Shown: piece by piece, positions 42,866 through 56,850 of the stretch
Numbering within the stretch: the stretch's first letter is position 1
How the letters are laid out: the number at the start of each line of letters is the position of its first letter
From: Selaginella moellendorffii
Taxonomy: Eukaryota > Plantae > Lycopodiophyta
Direction: 5' to 3'
NCBI RefSeq assembly: GCF_000143415.4
Contig: NW_003314316.1
Span: 260,120-324,119, forward strand
Length of the DNA stretch: 64,000 bases
Notes under the pieces: model-generated
Database searches by the model: none
The model's input: only the letters and a program-made list of their open reading frames with translations
Told to the model about the DNA's origin: nothing
Made by a program: the position numbers and the translations under genes

Positions 42866-43012
42866 TAGTGAGCCCGAGAGTTATGTAATCACCTCTCTGA
42901 ATCTACACATATGATTTGCAAAACTAAATCAACAAACAAAATTAAGATTTGACTTTAAAGAAGTTTGAAAGCACGATAGCCTATATATATCCCAGCTCCT
43001 TTTGATGTTTTA

Positions 43013-43847
43013 CTACAGCTCCATTGTCTGATTTCCGCAGGACCTGCGGTGTGGGACAAGACTAATCCGGATGGAGTCGTTCTTCGGCACGGACTCCGCG
43101 AGGTGCTTCCTTCGAGCTCGGCGGCAGCAGCCAAGAGCTGGAAGGAAACGGCACGGCGATGCATGGCTCCTTCCGAGGCCATGGAAGGATATACAGCCAG
43201 CAGCGCTGCTTTCCTCTACATGGTGCTCATCAACAGGGTGCTGCTCATCGCGACGAAGTAGAACATCGACACGCTCTTCTGTGAGCATAGGGTCTAATTG
43301 CTAATCGTCATTTCTCATTTAGAAGCTTGAGCACTTCTTCGATTTGGCGTGCCTTTTCTAAGATTTTCTTGCTGTATGAGTGGTAACTGTGTGGCACTCC
43401 TATATAGCACTTGATTCTCTTTGGTTTTCTTACAGCGAGTGAAATCCAAGGTGTTCAGCCTTGTATACCAAAAGTGAAAGTCGAGACGAGGGTGATCATC
43501 TCGTTGCTGATTCCCTGGTCGAAGACGACGAAGACGAGTAACATGCAGCTGCTGCAGGATTTGTGCGGATCCTTGGGATCTGGCGCGCACCTCGCGTGCA
43601 GGGCCTCGTACTCGAGGATCTTCTTATGGAGGGGCTGTGAAGCGCGGAAGCTGGGAAACTTGTGTCGAGTGTATGAAGTGTATTCGGCCCTGCTCCTGCA
43701 CGAATCGTCGTTTACGTTGGCGCGAGAATAGTACCCCAGGCTCGATGATTGCGTCTTCGTCTTGGGCGAGTTCCGTGATAGCAGCAGCAATGCAGTGGTG
43801 GTGAAGACGAGCGTCAAAAAAAGTAAGGGCCTATAACTCTTTGTCAT
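43013..43847 (-). pseudogene. Internally deleted GT37 (xyloglucan fucosyltransferase-like) pseudogene
   Basis: TM anchor, SCRSR, ILEYEALHARCAP, GISNEMITLVS (compare GLGNRILTLAS), then a stop; frameshifted C-terminal remnants (EPC, LVPHRRSC). Confidence 0.65.
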
Positions 43848-44113
43848 CGTATAGATAGATGACAAAGAGTAAAACTATTACTTGGGCAGCTAACTGTTTT
43901 TCTCCAGAATGAATGGAGTTGATACATAGAATGAGCACCGAACTCTTGAAGAAAAATTATCAACCAGGAATATAAGTTGATTACCAATCGCCACCCACCA
44001 CACTAAACTCCAATGAAGAATACTTTGATTTTAGGCTACCTTTAACTCTAGATTTAGGGCTGATTCAAAACTAGCAGTTTAAAACAATTTGCCTTTAATT
44101 TTCATTTTCCCAA

Positions 44114-46796
44114 TCATACTTCCACTCTTTGGGCTTGCGGCTTGCGGCCGGACACTTTCATGATTGGAGGCAGTTGCGGCGAGATGAGAGATTTCACGAG
44201 CTGTGATCCATCTCTACCAAACGAATTCACACACCTTCGCCCGAAACAAGAGGAGTTTTTAGTTTCGATTTCCAGCGAGAGAACGAGGAACACTAACCTT
44301 GAGTAGTAGTCACTGCACTGGACGTAAAGGCCCGGACTGTTCTTCCGCGCTTCTTGGAGCTCCCTGTGCTCTTCCGGTCCTAGATTTGTATTCATCGCAG
44401 CAGTGCTCTCGATGCACGCACCGTCGAATCGCATGTTGTCTTCTTCGAGATTTGCCTGACAAGTAATAGGAGAGTTTTAGAATAAAGGAAAGTTTGCACT
44501 AGCCCACCTGTTTGCCTCTCGACACGAAGCTTGTAGCCCTTTGGAACATGCTCGATCCAGCCCGACGTAAGAAACCATTGGGAGGTGGTTTTGATGCGTT
44601 CTGCAAGGAAGGACTTAAGGAAAACCAGTTCAGAAAATAGAGCTCAATATGAACCTCATCGGTTCGTCGACTTAGATCAGGCTCGGAGATGCTGCGAGCA
44701 GGAACTTTGCTGGCGCTCGTTTGATCTTCTACTGATGGTATGGCTGTGGACGAATTGTACCTTGTTATTTTCGGAGTGGGGATAGAGCTCATTACATAGC
44801 CGAATGTATTCGAGAGAATGCGCCCGGCAAATTGGGTGTATGTTCTCTTTCCATCCTACACACGACGGTTTAGACAGAGTTCAGCCGGCATCAAAATAAG
44901 CACCCGTAAGTTCTGTACAAGGCGACTTTCCAAGTCCATCGCAATCGACTCGAGGCCGGGATCCTTGTTCATTTGCTTGAGTGCTTTGAGAAAAGCTCTA
45001 GTATACCTGAAGATAAGCATGACTTACGTGAGCTTTTGCTCCTAAGTTATGCACTACCTCAAAGCTTCTTCCGTTTGTCCAGCCTCTGCGAGCATAGTTG
45101 CATACACTATTTTGTACGGTTGGAAGCACACTAGTGTAAATTGGGGATTTCCTTTCGTTTTCACGTATTCGTATAGCTCCGTCCTCTGCATCAAGCATTT
45201 CGTTTAGTATTCCTATGCGACAATAAGAAGAGACCTTGAACGCCAACGGTGTGAAAAATGTTCTCGGGTACTTCCAATGGTCTGCGCCGATCAGACGAAT
45301 CCTTCCGTCACTGAAAAATGCTTCGGGATTTTGGTCGACCAAAAGATAGCACAAATGCGCCGCCGCCACCTGCGAGAAATATACTAATACCAAAATATTC
45401 ATACAAACATAAACCAAACCTGTTCTTTCTGACCCCATAATGCGTCGCCCAGTCGAGTGATCGCGTCATCGTTCCCAGACGTCCGGTTTGTGGCCATTAG
45501 AGCAAGATGCTCATGCCAATGGTCAAGAATGCCGCTTCCCTGCTCAACTCGCAATTAAGTAAGCAAGGATTTTCCATAAATACACAGCATTACTTGATTG
45601 CCGTTCTCTGCAAATACATCCGCCGACTGGCCGCTCATAAGCAAGCTGAAAGTTCGTAATGGACCTGGAGACAGTTGATGATGTGCCATTTTTGAGATGG
45701 TATCAGAATAACACTGCAATTATTAAAATTCAAAGCCGATTTGATAATGAAGCACGAACTGTTTATTCTCACCTTGTCCCCTAGCTGAGACGCAAGAACA
45801 AGAGCTAGTCCCCACGATTGGCCGTCTTGTGCGCACTGTAGGGCCTGCTGAGTTTTTCCTGAGAGTAGAAGTCCTTTGACTTTTATCGAAGTTGCCTGAA
45901 AGCTGACATGTTAGCTGCCAGCGTAACAGGTAAACAACTGACCTGCAAGCTTTCGCTGTTCGGCATTTGCCGCAAGCAATGTTGTTCCGTGGCACCAGAC
46001 GAACTTGCGGTAAGAATTGCCTGGCCGACGGCTGCCTCTGGTCCAGTCCCCTAGACAAGTTTACACCATTGGTGAGAAGAAATAAGATACAAAAAGTTTT
46101 CTCACCTCTGATGGAGTACCAACAGCAGATCGTAGCTTCCCATGGTGCTCGAAGGCGATTTTAAGAACTTCCCACAACAATGGAAGCGCTTCGAAATTCC
46201 TGCTATCGGCCTCTTCACGTGCACAGTTGGAGATGCGCTCGTCAATCCACTTGAAGAGCTCATTCTTCGATCCGTTTTGTAAGCCTGCATGGAAGTCCAA
46301 ACCAGGTGCTGAATTGGAAAGACTCTGCAGTTTGTGGACTTCGATCTTGCTCGAGCTCCTTTGCTGATCGTGGAAAGGCTGTCAAATTGGAAAGAATAAC
46401 AATTAACTCTTCTTCAAGGCAAAGTGATGGTAGACGAACTTTACGTACCTGTGAAGAAGGCTTTATCACGGCCATCGTTCCGCCAAAACCGAATGCCACG
46501 ACCACGTGTGGCGGCCTTCCAGCGGAGGACCGACTCGAACTCCAGGCCATCTGATGCGTATGGTAAGCCGGATCCTCGGAAACTTGAGGCTGCGAGTAGT
46601 GGCGATCATAGCTATACCCATTTTCTTGGTTCATTCCTCCGAAATTCCACGAGAAATTTCCCTGGACCGGATGCTGAGCCTCGAATCCATAGGAATTTCC
46701 ATTGCCTGGCACATCCGCTTGCCAATTGTGATTGGAATACTGTGAATCGACGAAGCTGTGATGCACGTATCCGGATTGCGGAGCTACAGCATACAT
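44114..46796 (-). CDS. Sec16-like COPII scaffold protein (compact)
   Basis: GRPPHVVVAFGFGG, ELFKWIDERI...LLWEVLKIAFEHHGKLRS, AAHLCYLL, LIGADHWKYPRTF; start and end approximate. Confidence 0.75.
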
Positions 46797-47304
46797 CCTG
46801 CTCGATCCAGCAACTCACATTCTTTCGGAACGCCGGATTTCCGCATCCAGCACCAAGATCCGAGCTAGCCGGGAGGAAACAAGGCGACGCAGCGCAAATG
46901 TGCGTCCGCCGAGCCAACAAATCGAAGAACCCTAGACGATCGCCACCAAGAGAGAGGGCGCTTGGAGCAAACTTCTTCAAGGCGCCGGGACTAGGGAGCT
47001 AGCTAGGCTTGACGGAATAAACCCAGCCGTGAGGTGGTACATTCTGCTAGCCGCGACGGACGCACAGCTGGCTTCCATGTGAGCGCCAGCTGTGCGGCGC
47101 GGTGCGGCGCCGCAGACATCTGACCGTTGGATGCCCTCCTTGAACGAACGAACGAACGACCCAACGCCCACGCATTGATTCCGCGAATCTTTTGGTTTGT
47201 TTTTCTTTCGCATTCACAACGACTGGTGTGCGTTCAATTCCCACCAATCATGACAGCGAAGAAACACCACACACGGTTTGTGAAAAAGAGAAAAACCATT
47301 GGCT

Positions 47305-47380
47305 CTTGGATTTAGGGTTTTTGGGCGGATTAGGGCTTTAGCCAGATTAGGGCAACTCTAGCCGCCAAGAACCCTAGGCG
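47305..47380. promoter_or_regulatory. Cluster of telo-box-like motifs upstream of RPS24
   Basis: ttagggtttt, ttagggc (x2) and aaccctag just upstream of the ATG. Confidence 0.55.
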
Positions 47381-47397
47381 AGCGAGGAGGGAGGGCG

Positions 47398-48078
47398 ATG
47401 GCGGACCGCAACTACACTGTGCGCACGCGCAAGTTCATGACAAATCGCCTCCTCCTGCGCAGGCAGTTTGTAAGTCTTGCTTCTGGCGCTCAGATTTTTC
47501 GAGGCGCCGCGGTGCTGATTTGATTTCGCCTCGGTTGTGTAGGTCGTGGAAGTTCTTCATCCGGGGAGGCCCAATGTTTCCAAGGTGGGTCTTTTAGCTC
47601 GCTGAGACGAAGAGAATGTGTGTGAAACTGGATTGGACAGGCTGAGCTCCGGGAGAAGCTCTCAAAGGTTTACGATGTCCGTGATCCCCAGGCGGTGTTT
47701 GTCTTTGGGATGAGAACCAAGTTTGGCGGCGGCAAGTCCTCTGGATTCGGTCTCATCTACGACTCGGTCGAGGCTGCAAAGAAATTCGAGCCAAAATACC
47801 GTCTCGTCAGGGTGAGCTTAGTTCTTTTGATTCTCGGCGCCTTCGCAAACAACAGATTTCTCACCTTGGTTTCGTTTTCTGTTCCAGAACGGACTTGCCA
47901 CCAGAGAGCAAAAATCGAGGAAGCAGCTCAAGGAGCGGAAGAACAGAGCGAAGAAGATCCGCGGAGTGAAGAAGGTCCGTCTTTTTTTCTAATCCATGAG
48001 TGAGCTCTCTTTGATCGGTTTGCTTGCTCTCAGGCCAAGGCTTCCGGAGAGGCCCAAAAGGCAGGAAAGAAGAAGTGA
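47398..48078 (+). CDS. RPS24: 40S ribosomal protein S24 (eS24), 5 exons
   Basis: [51 protein letters not shown]. Confidence 0.96.
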
Positions 48079-48340
48079 TGTGATTTTCTGGTAACATCCC
48101 GGTTTTTGCATACTTGGTTGGATATATAGCTAACATTTTGAATCAAAAACCTTTTCTTTGAAAAACGATATACTTCTGGATGAGGAACAAGAGTTAACTA
48201 AGTTGCATTGATTTAACTGTAAACTCGAGTGGTTATGTTTAGTTTCGTGGTTAGGAGATAAATATTGTGTTTTAAACGGTCAAGAGATTTAGAGTTAAAA
48301 GGAAACCAAAGTTTATAGCATACAACCTTATAAATAATTT

Positions 48341-49997
<1,657 letters not shown>

Positions 49998-50240
49998 GAT
50001 CTTGACCAGATCCACTTGCCAATCCGCAAGAACACGACACGGATCGGCCGATCGTTCGAACACGCCGCCTTAAATCCCGCGCGGCTGAGCAGGCAGCAGT
50101 GAATGCACATCGCGCTGAAAAGATTGGAGCAGCGCGTCGGGAGAAGAGATGGATTGAAAGACAAAAGCCCTAGAGGTGTTTTCCCGCGCTCTAGGAAAGT
50201 TCTTTCGATAAACATACTAATAACCTTTCATTAACGTTAA

Positions 50241-50282
50241 CATGGGGGCTTTGCCCGCGCAGGTTCGAATCCTGCCGTTCAC
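50241..50282 (+). pseudogene. 3' half of a tRNA-Ser gene (variable arm, T-arm, acceptor strand)
   Basis: catg.gggctttgcccgcgcaggttcgaatcctgccgttcac matches the 3' half of the plant tRNA-Ser(AGA) sequence as recalled; no D-arm or anticodon upstream. Confidence 0.75.
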
Positions 50283-51127
50283 TAAAAGCTTCTTATGCTT
50301 ATTAATGAAAGTGGTTAATTAGATAGGCAAACACGTTCCAATGAGAACTAGGCAGTGGTGGCTGTCTGGACAATCACTGTCTTTAGAGCACTGTGCAGTA
50401 ACCCCAAGGAGCTTTCTAGTGACAATGTCATTCTTGCCTGAAAGTTTTGTTAGAAAAACTTATGGTTAGAGATTTAAATTTTTATTTACCTATTGCAAGG
50501 GCCATTGAAACCATTAAAGAGATGAACAAAAGTTGCAAAACTATTGTTGAGAGCTGAATCTTTGCCATTGTGTTGTGTGAATTGTGGCATCCAATAGCCT
50601 AGCTTTTATACTCCCAGGAATGAATATTATATAATTGTTCTGAACAATTAAAATTAGTGATGGTGTGGATCATGCAGTCTGACTTTTCTGAATACTCTAG
50701 AACTCATCCTCGACAACATATATCATATATTAGTAGTCAAAACCTTACCTTATTGGTTTCATTAATGCGGACGTGCCGGACCCGAAGTTGGTTCAAATCT
50801 TCTTTATTAGCTTAAAACATGTGTTAAACAACAAAACTGCGTGCATTTCCATTTCAGTCTCTTCAACTTTTTGAGTTCAACATGTGGCCAGGGGGATGGA
50901 CCTCTTACAATGTTCTGAATATACTGTGGTGCCAACTTGGAACTGAAATTCCCCCTTTTACAGCTATAGCTAAGTGCACTCCAACACCATAGACAATTTC
51001 TATATATCTATCAGGTCTTGCAGTGCTTATCCAGAAGCAAGTAGAAAAAGTACATTGACGGTATGAATTATTATCATTTTTTCCAACGCATATACGGATC
51101 CCAGGCGGAATCTTAAGAATCATGGGA

Positions 51128-53042
51128 TCATGATCCCCTCAAGTTGTTTCCAGCCGCGGTGGAAGCAAAGTACGCCAGTGCACCAACCAGACCGGAGTTT
51201 GCATATGTCGAAGGCTCGGCTTGCGAGAAATCATCACGATTGTCCGAAAAATTGTCGGATCCGTCGGGACCCCCGATCACAGCACCGATTAGAATGTTTG
51301 GATTGGGATTGGAGCTGTGAAGCCAATTAAAACCCCCAGAACAAGATATGTGTTCTTCCTGCGTACGGATCGAGGGCAGCGAAGAGGCCCGGTGGTGAAC
51401 TCGCTGTGGAAACTTTGTACCAAACCCAACCATGTAAGACATGCCCCTGGGATTGCTACCCAGAATGTAGTCCACCTAGAAAACACCAACATCAAAAAGA
51501 AAAGGTGGCAAGCTATACATGCTCTAAATGCATTGTCTACTTACCTGTTGCTTTGCAAACGAGATAAGCTGGCCGGGCTTAAAACCGTTGTTTCCCCCAC
51601 ACGAAACGCTCTGACCCGCTTGAGCCAGGTACCGCCCGTACGTTATGAGAAGGAACGCATTGCTTGTGACATACTGGAGGTTGTTTGAGCCACCGTGGTA
51701 GAAAAGTCCCCCTGATCAGAAAAGATTCCCGGGGAATAATCAATGTGGGAATCGAGAGGAATCTTTTTAGTACCTGGCGTGATGGTGGCCCTCCCAGGCA
51801 TCGCAGAGCACACGAAGTCGTCGGCACGAGACTTGTAAGCGCGAACTACGTTGAAGTCGCTACCAGTGGTGGCGAGAATAAACTGTCCAAGGTCACGGGA
51901 AAGAGATGATTGATCCGACGGTTGGTTATAGTTAGGACCAGTCAACGAGAGAGAGTGGTAAATTCTGGTTTTTTTTACCTTGGAGAGTAAAACGTCAACA
52001 CCAGCGTACTTGTTGTCCCAGCTTAGAGTGTTGTATGAACTCCCGGGGCCGCCGAGCTCGTCCCCGTGTTGGGAAATGTAATCGAGGTAGCGCTTGTCGC
52101 TCGAGGCCCGGAAGATCCACCCCGCGCCCCACAAGAGCTCATCTCTATATCCTGAGTAGCTCGTGTAGAATGGGCTCACAGCTCCTCCAAGAACATCGCT
52201 ATAGCTTCCTCGGTACTTATCAGCAAACGCAAAGATCTATATCACGATCAAAGAGAAGCCAAGTTAGAGCAAAGTCCACCTATCCAAACGATGAAAGTCT
52301 GGGTGCTCGATCGATCACTTACTTGCTTGGAAGTGGCGAGGAGCCTCTGGGAGTAGGAAGAATCGGTGGCGGCGAAGACGATGGAGGCGGCGGCGAGGGC
52401 GGCGGCGGTCTCTCCCGCGACGTCGGAGCCGGGCTTGGATGGATTGACTTGGTAGCAAGTTCTCGGCGTGTCCATGTCCTCGGGGCGCTCCCAGCACTGG
52501 TGGTCGGCGTTTGGATCCCCGACTTGAACCCAGAGGGTGGATGGCGGGACAAAGGCGGAGAGGAGGTAGTCGGTCCCCCAGCGAATGGCGGCGCGGGCGT
52601 TGTCCAGCTCCGCCGCGCGCCCGAGCTCCGCCTCGAATTCCACCACGCTCCACGACAGCAGCGTGATCGTGAACGCCATCGGGAAGCCAAACTTGACGTT
52701 GTCGCCTGAATCGTAGTAGCCTCCCGTGAGATTCACCTGAGCAGCAGCGAAAATCGATCGACTAGAAAGGTAAACCACAAGAAAAACATTTCAAACGAGC
52801 AAAAGATTCTAAGGTACATTCGCTGTTCTTCCATCGCTCATCCCCGAGTTTGCGCGCCATTTGATCCTCTGGCTCGTCGGCAGCTTGCCCGATCGCATCC
52901 CCTCGTAGAAGAGGATGGATTTGGCGAGCGCGTCGCGGTAATCCAGCGATTGGAGCGCCTGCGCCTGGATTTCCACCCGCATTGCCGTGAAAAGAACAAA
53001 ACCAAAGATGAAAATGAGAGAAGAGGAAGAACTCGCTGCCAT
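51128..53042 (-). CDS. Secreted endo-1,4-beta-glucanase, GH9 (class B, no CBM seen)
   Basis: Signal peptide; [15 protein letters not shown]; [21 protein letters not shown]; [12 protein letters not shown]; DELLWGA; HHRASS; D.R.DFSQAEP.TY.N. Confidence 0.94.
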
Positions 53043-53637
53043 GATCGAGTGGATTTGTGCGAGGAACAAACAAGAACACGAGGTTTTATAGCGGGGGGAA
53101 ATTTTTTTGTTAGGTCTTAACAGTTTTAACGGGCTCCGTTAAAAAAGAATTTCTACCGTGGTCCCCACCGTGCGGTACCCGAGGGCGGGAACGGTGGATC
53201 ATGTGACCAACGTTACGGGACCACTTTGGATCGTCGCGCAGGGAAGAACTAGGCGATGGATCTTAGAAACTCTTTTCTTCTCCACGGAACAGTGTTCTTA
53301 TTTACACGTAAAGAAAACTCCGAAGACTCTGGCTTAAAAGGACAAAGCCGGAGTGTTCCAGTTTCTAGATCTCCTTGTCTTGTTTAAGACAATTTCTCGC
53401 GAGCACCGTTCTTGTAACAGGCACGCGAGGAAAAGCCCGAGGCGAGTAAAGTCACTGGGCCATGAATGATGAATTTTATTCCTGGTGAAATGCGAGTGTA
53501 CCACGAGCCTTGTCTCCTGCATCACATGATATGCTTTTCCCAGTTTGTAGGAAGAAACAAGCAAGAACTCCAAGAGAAAATGGTGTGAAGTACCTTCAAG
53601 CTATCAGATCGTATTTTTCTATTCTTCTTCGCCTTTA

Positions 53638-54795
53638 TCAGAAGGACTGGGTCTTTCCAAACACGAACACTCCTCCACTGCCGATTGCCCGGCCGAGAAG
53701 CATGTCGTTGTCCAGGTACGTGAGATAGTAGAGAAGTCCAAGAGACCTGGAAAAACTAAGATGAACAAGGGATTCTAGCGAGTTTAAGAGTACCTTCTTT
53801 CGTTGGAGGGTCTTCTTCCGCGCAATGGAACTCTAACGTCCAGAGAGTTTATAGCTTGGAGGATCTGTAAAGGGAGTGGTTTGTTTGCTTTTTAATGTGG
53901 TTGCAATTGCGAGCGAGCGAGCATTACCTGGAGATTTAGAAACGTTCGTGGCAGAACGGCTGGAGCGAGCAAGGCTTGGAGCTCTTCACTTATCAGAACC
54001 TCCCCGAGTCTAGCCTGTTAGTTCGTAGTTCGTGTGAAAGATTTAAAGAGACACTGAGGCGAGAGTTACTGGACCTCTTTAAACTCCAATTGTATCGTCC
54101 GAGCACTCACAACCGAGAAGCCAGCCGTAACAAACAACGTCGCCCCTTCTCCATCCTACAAGAATTAAAAAACACAGCAAGAAAGAAACATTAGAAAGGA
54201 AAAGCTTACAAACAAACCCTTTGGTACCTGCAATAAGCCAGGGATGCTCCACCTTACAACGTTCACGACTTGTCCGCCATCGAAGCGTCCCTTGCACTCA
54301 AACTTTTGATAAATCTGTCCAGCCTAGATCGCACAGCATCCTGATTAAAAAAACCTGGAAAGAAATCCATCCAAAGTCACCTTGAAAAATGGAAACTCTC
54401 CAGCTTGCAAGATGGAAAGAACATCTGAAGCAGAAGTGTATTGCAGCAGCCAAGTTCCATCCAGCTTGTCAAGATCCAGGGCAGTCCCCGCATCAAAACT
54501 TTCGACTTCCACCTTTCTTCACAAACAAGAGAGAATTTTTTGTCCAGGCGCGAAATAAAAATGTAACGCTGCTACCATACCATTGACTCCTCGAGAAGCG
54601 CGCGCTGGTCTTGGCTCGCTCGAGATCCCCTGCTCGTGTCAATCACGGCCTTGAGCAAGCTCATCTTCGCCTTGTGGAGATCTCTCGTTCTCTCCTGGAA
54701 ACTCCAAAATTCTACTCAATCCAATCGATCCGAGAACGAACCTGATGAGATTGGAGAGCCGCCGAGGCTCTCGAGCAGGAGGAGAGCCGCGCCAT
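53638..54795 (-). CDS. Plastid-lipid-associated protein/fibrillin (FBN8-like)
   Basis: Short exons missed by the ORF track: LLKAVIDTSRG, LDGTWLLQYTSASDV, GQIYQKFECKGRFDGG, EGATLFVTA, LAPAVLPRTFLNLQ, YLTYLDNDMLLGRAIGSGGVFVF. Confidence 0.88.
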
Positions 54796-55699
54796 CGCCG
54801 GGGCGCCGCGAGATACCGGCATTCTCACCGCTCCCAAGAAGAGAGAAGAATCCATGCCCTATAATATCTAAGCTTGGAGGATGTGTGAAAAATCTCCATT
54901 TATTGCACGAATAAAAGAAACAAATCGATCGCTGGCTCTCAATCGATAAAATCTACCGATTGGATTGGATCAGTAGTGTGGGTTAGGAGTGACTTTGTAA
55001 AAGACCTCGTTCTTGAAGGTTTTCAGGTAGGCACCACTGAGCTTGGCCATACTCTATTGACCAAGGTAACTAGATTCCTTGCTTTTAGCAAGAAGCTTTG
55101 GTTATTGGGAGATAGGTTCTTGAATTGGCAGTGAGGTTGACAGATATGATTGTGGGTATTAAAATTTATTTATCAATGAGTCTTTTGAATGTTTTTCTTT
55201 TACTGCTATAATAGTAAGAAATTAATATTGTTAAACCTTTTATCAGTCTTCACCCAAAAAATTGATAAATTAGTTATCACATATGCATTTAAACTGGAAG
55301 GACACTAAGAAGATAAATCCTAAATTGTTATTAGTCTAACATACTTGATATGGTGTTATTAGTTTATATTTATTAATGCTAGAAGCCCTTGTAATATTGA
55401 GTTTGGTCCTTTAATACTTGCTATATGATAACTTACTGTATCTGCCAAAACACCTTTAATTCCTCATGTATTGATTTTATTTGGTTCCATTGGCTATTCA
55501 TTGAAAGTGTTTAGATTTGCTAGTTGAGTATATCTATGTAATGTAAAGATTATTCTAAACATGATGGTATTTTTTTCACATCTAGATTCACATCTAGATT
55601 CACAATCTAGCATTATTCCATATTTAATAAGTTTTTGTAATTATCTTAAAGACTAACTCTTGGGAGTGAAGTGAAAGCCTAAAGCATGCATTCCCTAAG

Positions 55700-56850
55700 A
55701 TGGGGGGTTAGGGGGGGGGGGGGGGATGTCAAAATGTATAATAGTGATAATGGGTAGGTTGGACATGACTGACAAACCTAAAGTATAGTATGTGTGCTTG
55801 TTTTTATTTTGTATTTGACTTAGGTTAGGCCTAAACTCAAAATTATACTATTTGGTGAAGTACCCATATATTTGTATTAGGGCACTGGTATGCTAAAATA
55901 ATGCCAAAACTCTAGTTTCTTTTTGCATGTTAGTTTTGGCATTGGGATGTTAAAAGCTCTAAAACTATTCTAACATTGCTATATGCTCTTGTCCTTTCAC
56001 TCTTTGGGTTATATGTTCGAGAGTTGTTTCATACTCTTATCCTTTCACTCCCTGGGCTAGCTCAAGAGTTGTTTTATGTTTTGATTTTCTATGCTCCTTA
56101 GGAGTTTAACTCCATATTTTCATTTAGTGGCCCAAGGCCCTAAAATTTGGATTCCCCACTTAGGGCAAAAGCCCTAGCTGCCATAATAAATCACTATAGG
56201 GTAAAAAGTGAAAACTATATTGTAAACCACAAATTTTTCTTTTTCAATTTGCTAGCTTACTTTGTTTATCCGATCAACACTGCTTTACCCTTAATTAAAT
56301 TCTCTTGCCAAGGTTCCTGCCTATTGCACCAGCTTTTATTTGGTCCTACTTAGTTTCAATTCCTTACTACACAAGCAACAGAGTGTTACCTATCCATCCA
56401 TAGATTCCCAAATCTCTCCCAATACCTTTCCCCGGGTTAGACTAGACTTAAGGTTCAGCTACACTCCTTACAAACACAAGTAGCCAAGCACACCAAACCT
56501 CCAGGTTCCTAACATCTTTTGGTATAACAAGACTTAATCATGGGACCCTCTAAATCCCAAGCCTTAGGTGTAACACTTACTTCAAGACACTGGGGGGAAA
56601 CACCGTGGCTTAACAGCCTAGTATAGGTACCTCTACTCCCCCACTACCATACCGAAGGGAAGGCCCAAGCCCTTAAGAAGGGGCATGGACCAATGAGCTG
56701 TAAGGTACTCAAATGGGGCACCACTTCACATGAGTTGAAAGAATTGTAGTCGGTTTCCTTTCTGGGAGTGGAAGTTGCTTGTGAACATTTCCTTGGGTGG
56801 CCCTACAAACATTACCAGAGTCCATGCTCACTCCCACCCAAAGCTCATAA
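55700..56850. mobile_element. LTR-retrotransposon debris (PPT followed by TG at 55727; LTR-like fragments)
   Basis: G-rich polypurine tract followed by TGTC; an ~90-bp segment at ~56255-56345 recurs at ~58327-58416. Confidence 0.45.

Noticed and set aside
50905-51123. 72-aa ORF right after GH9, considered as a CBM49 exon
   Set aside because: No CBM49-like residues, and the GH9 frame ends with its own stop at 51128
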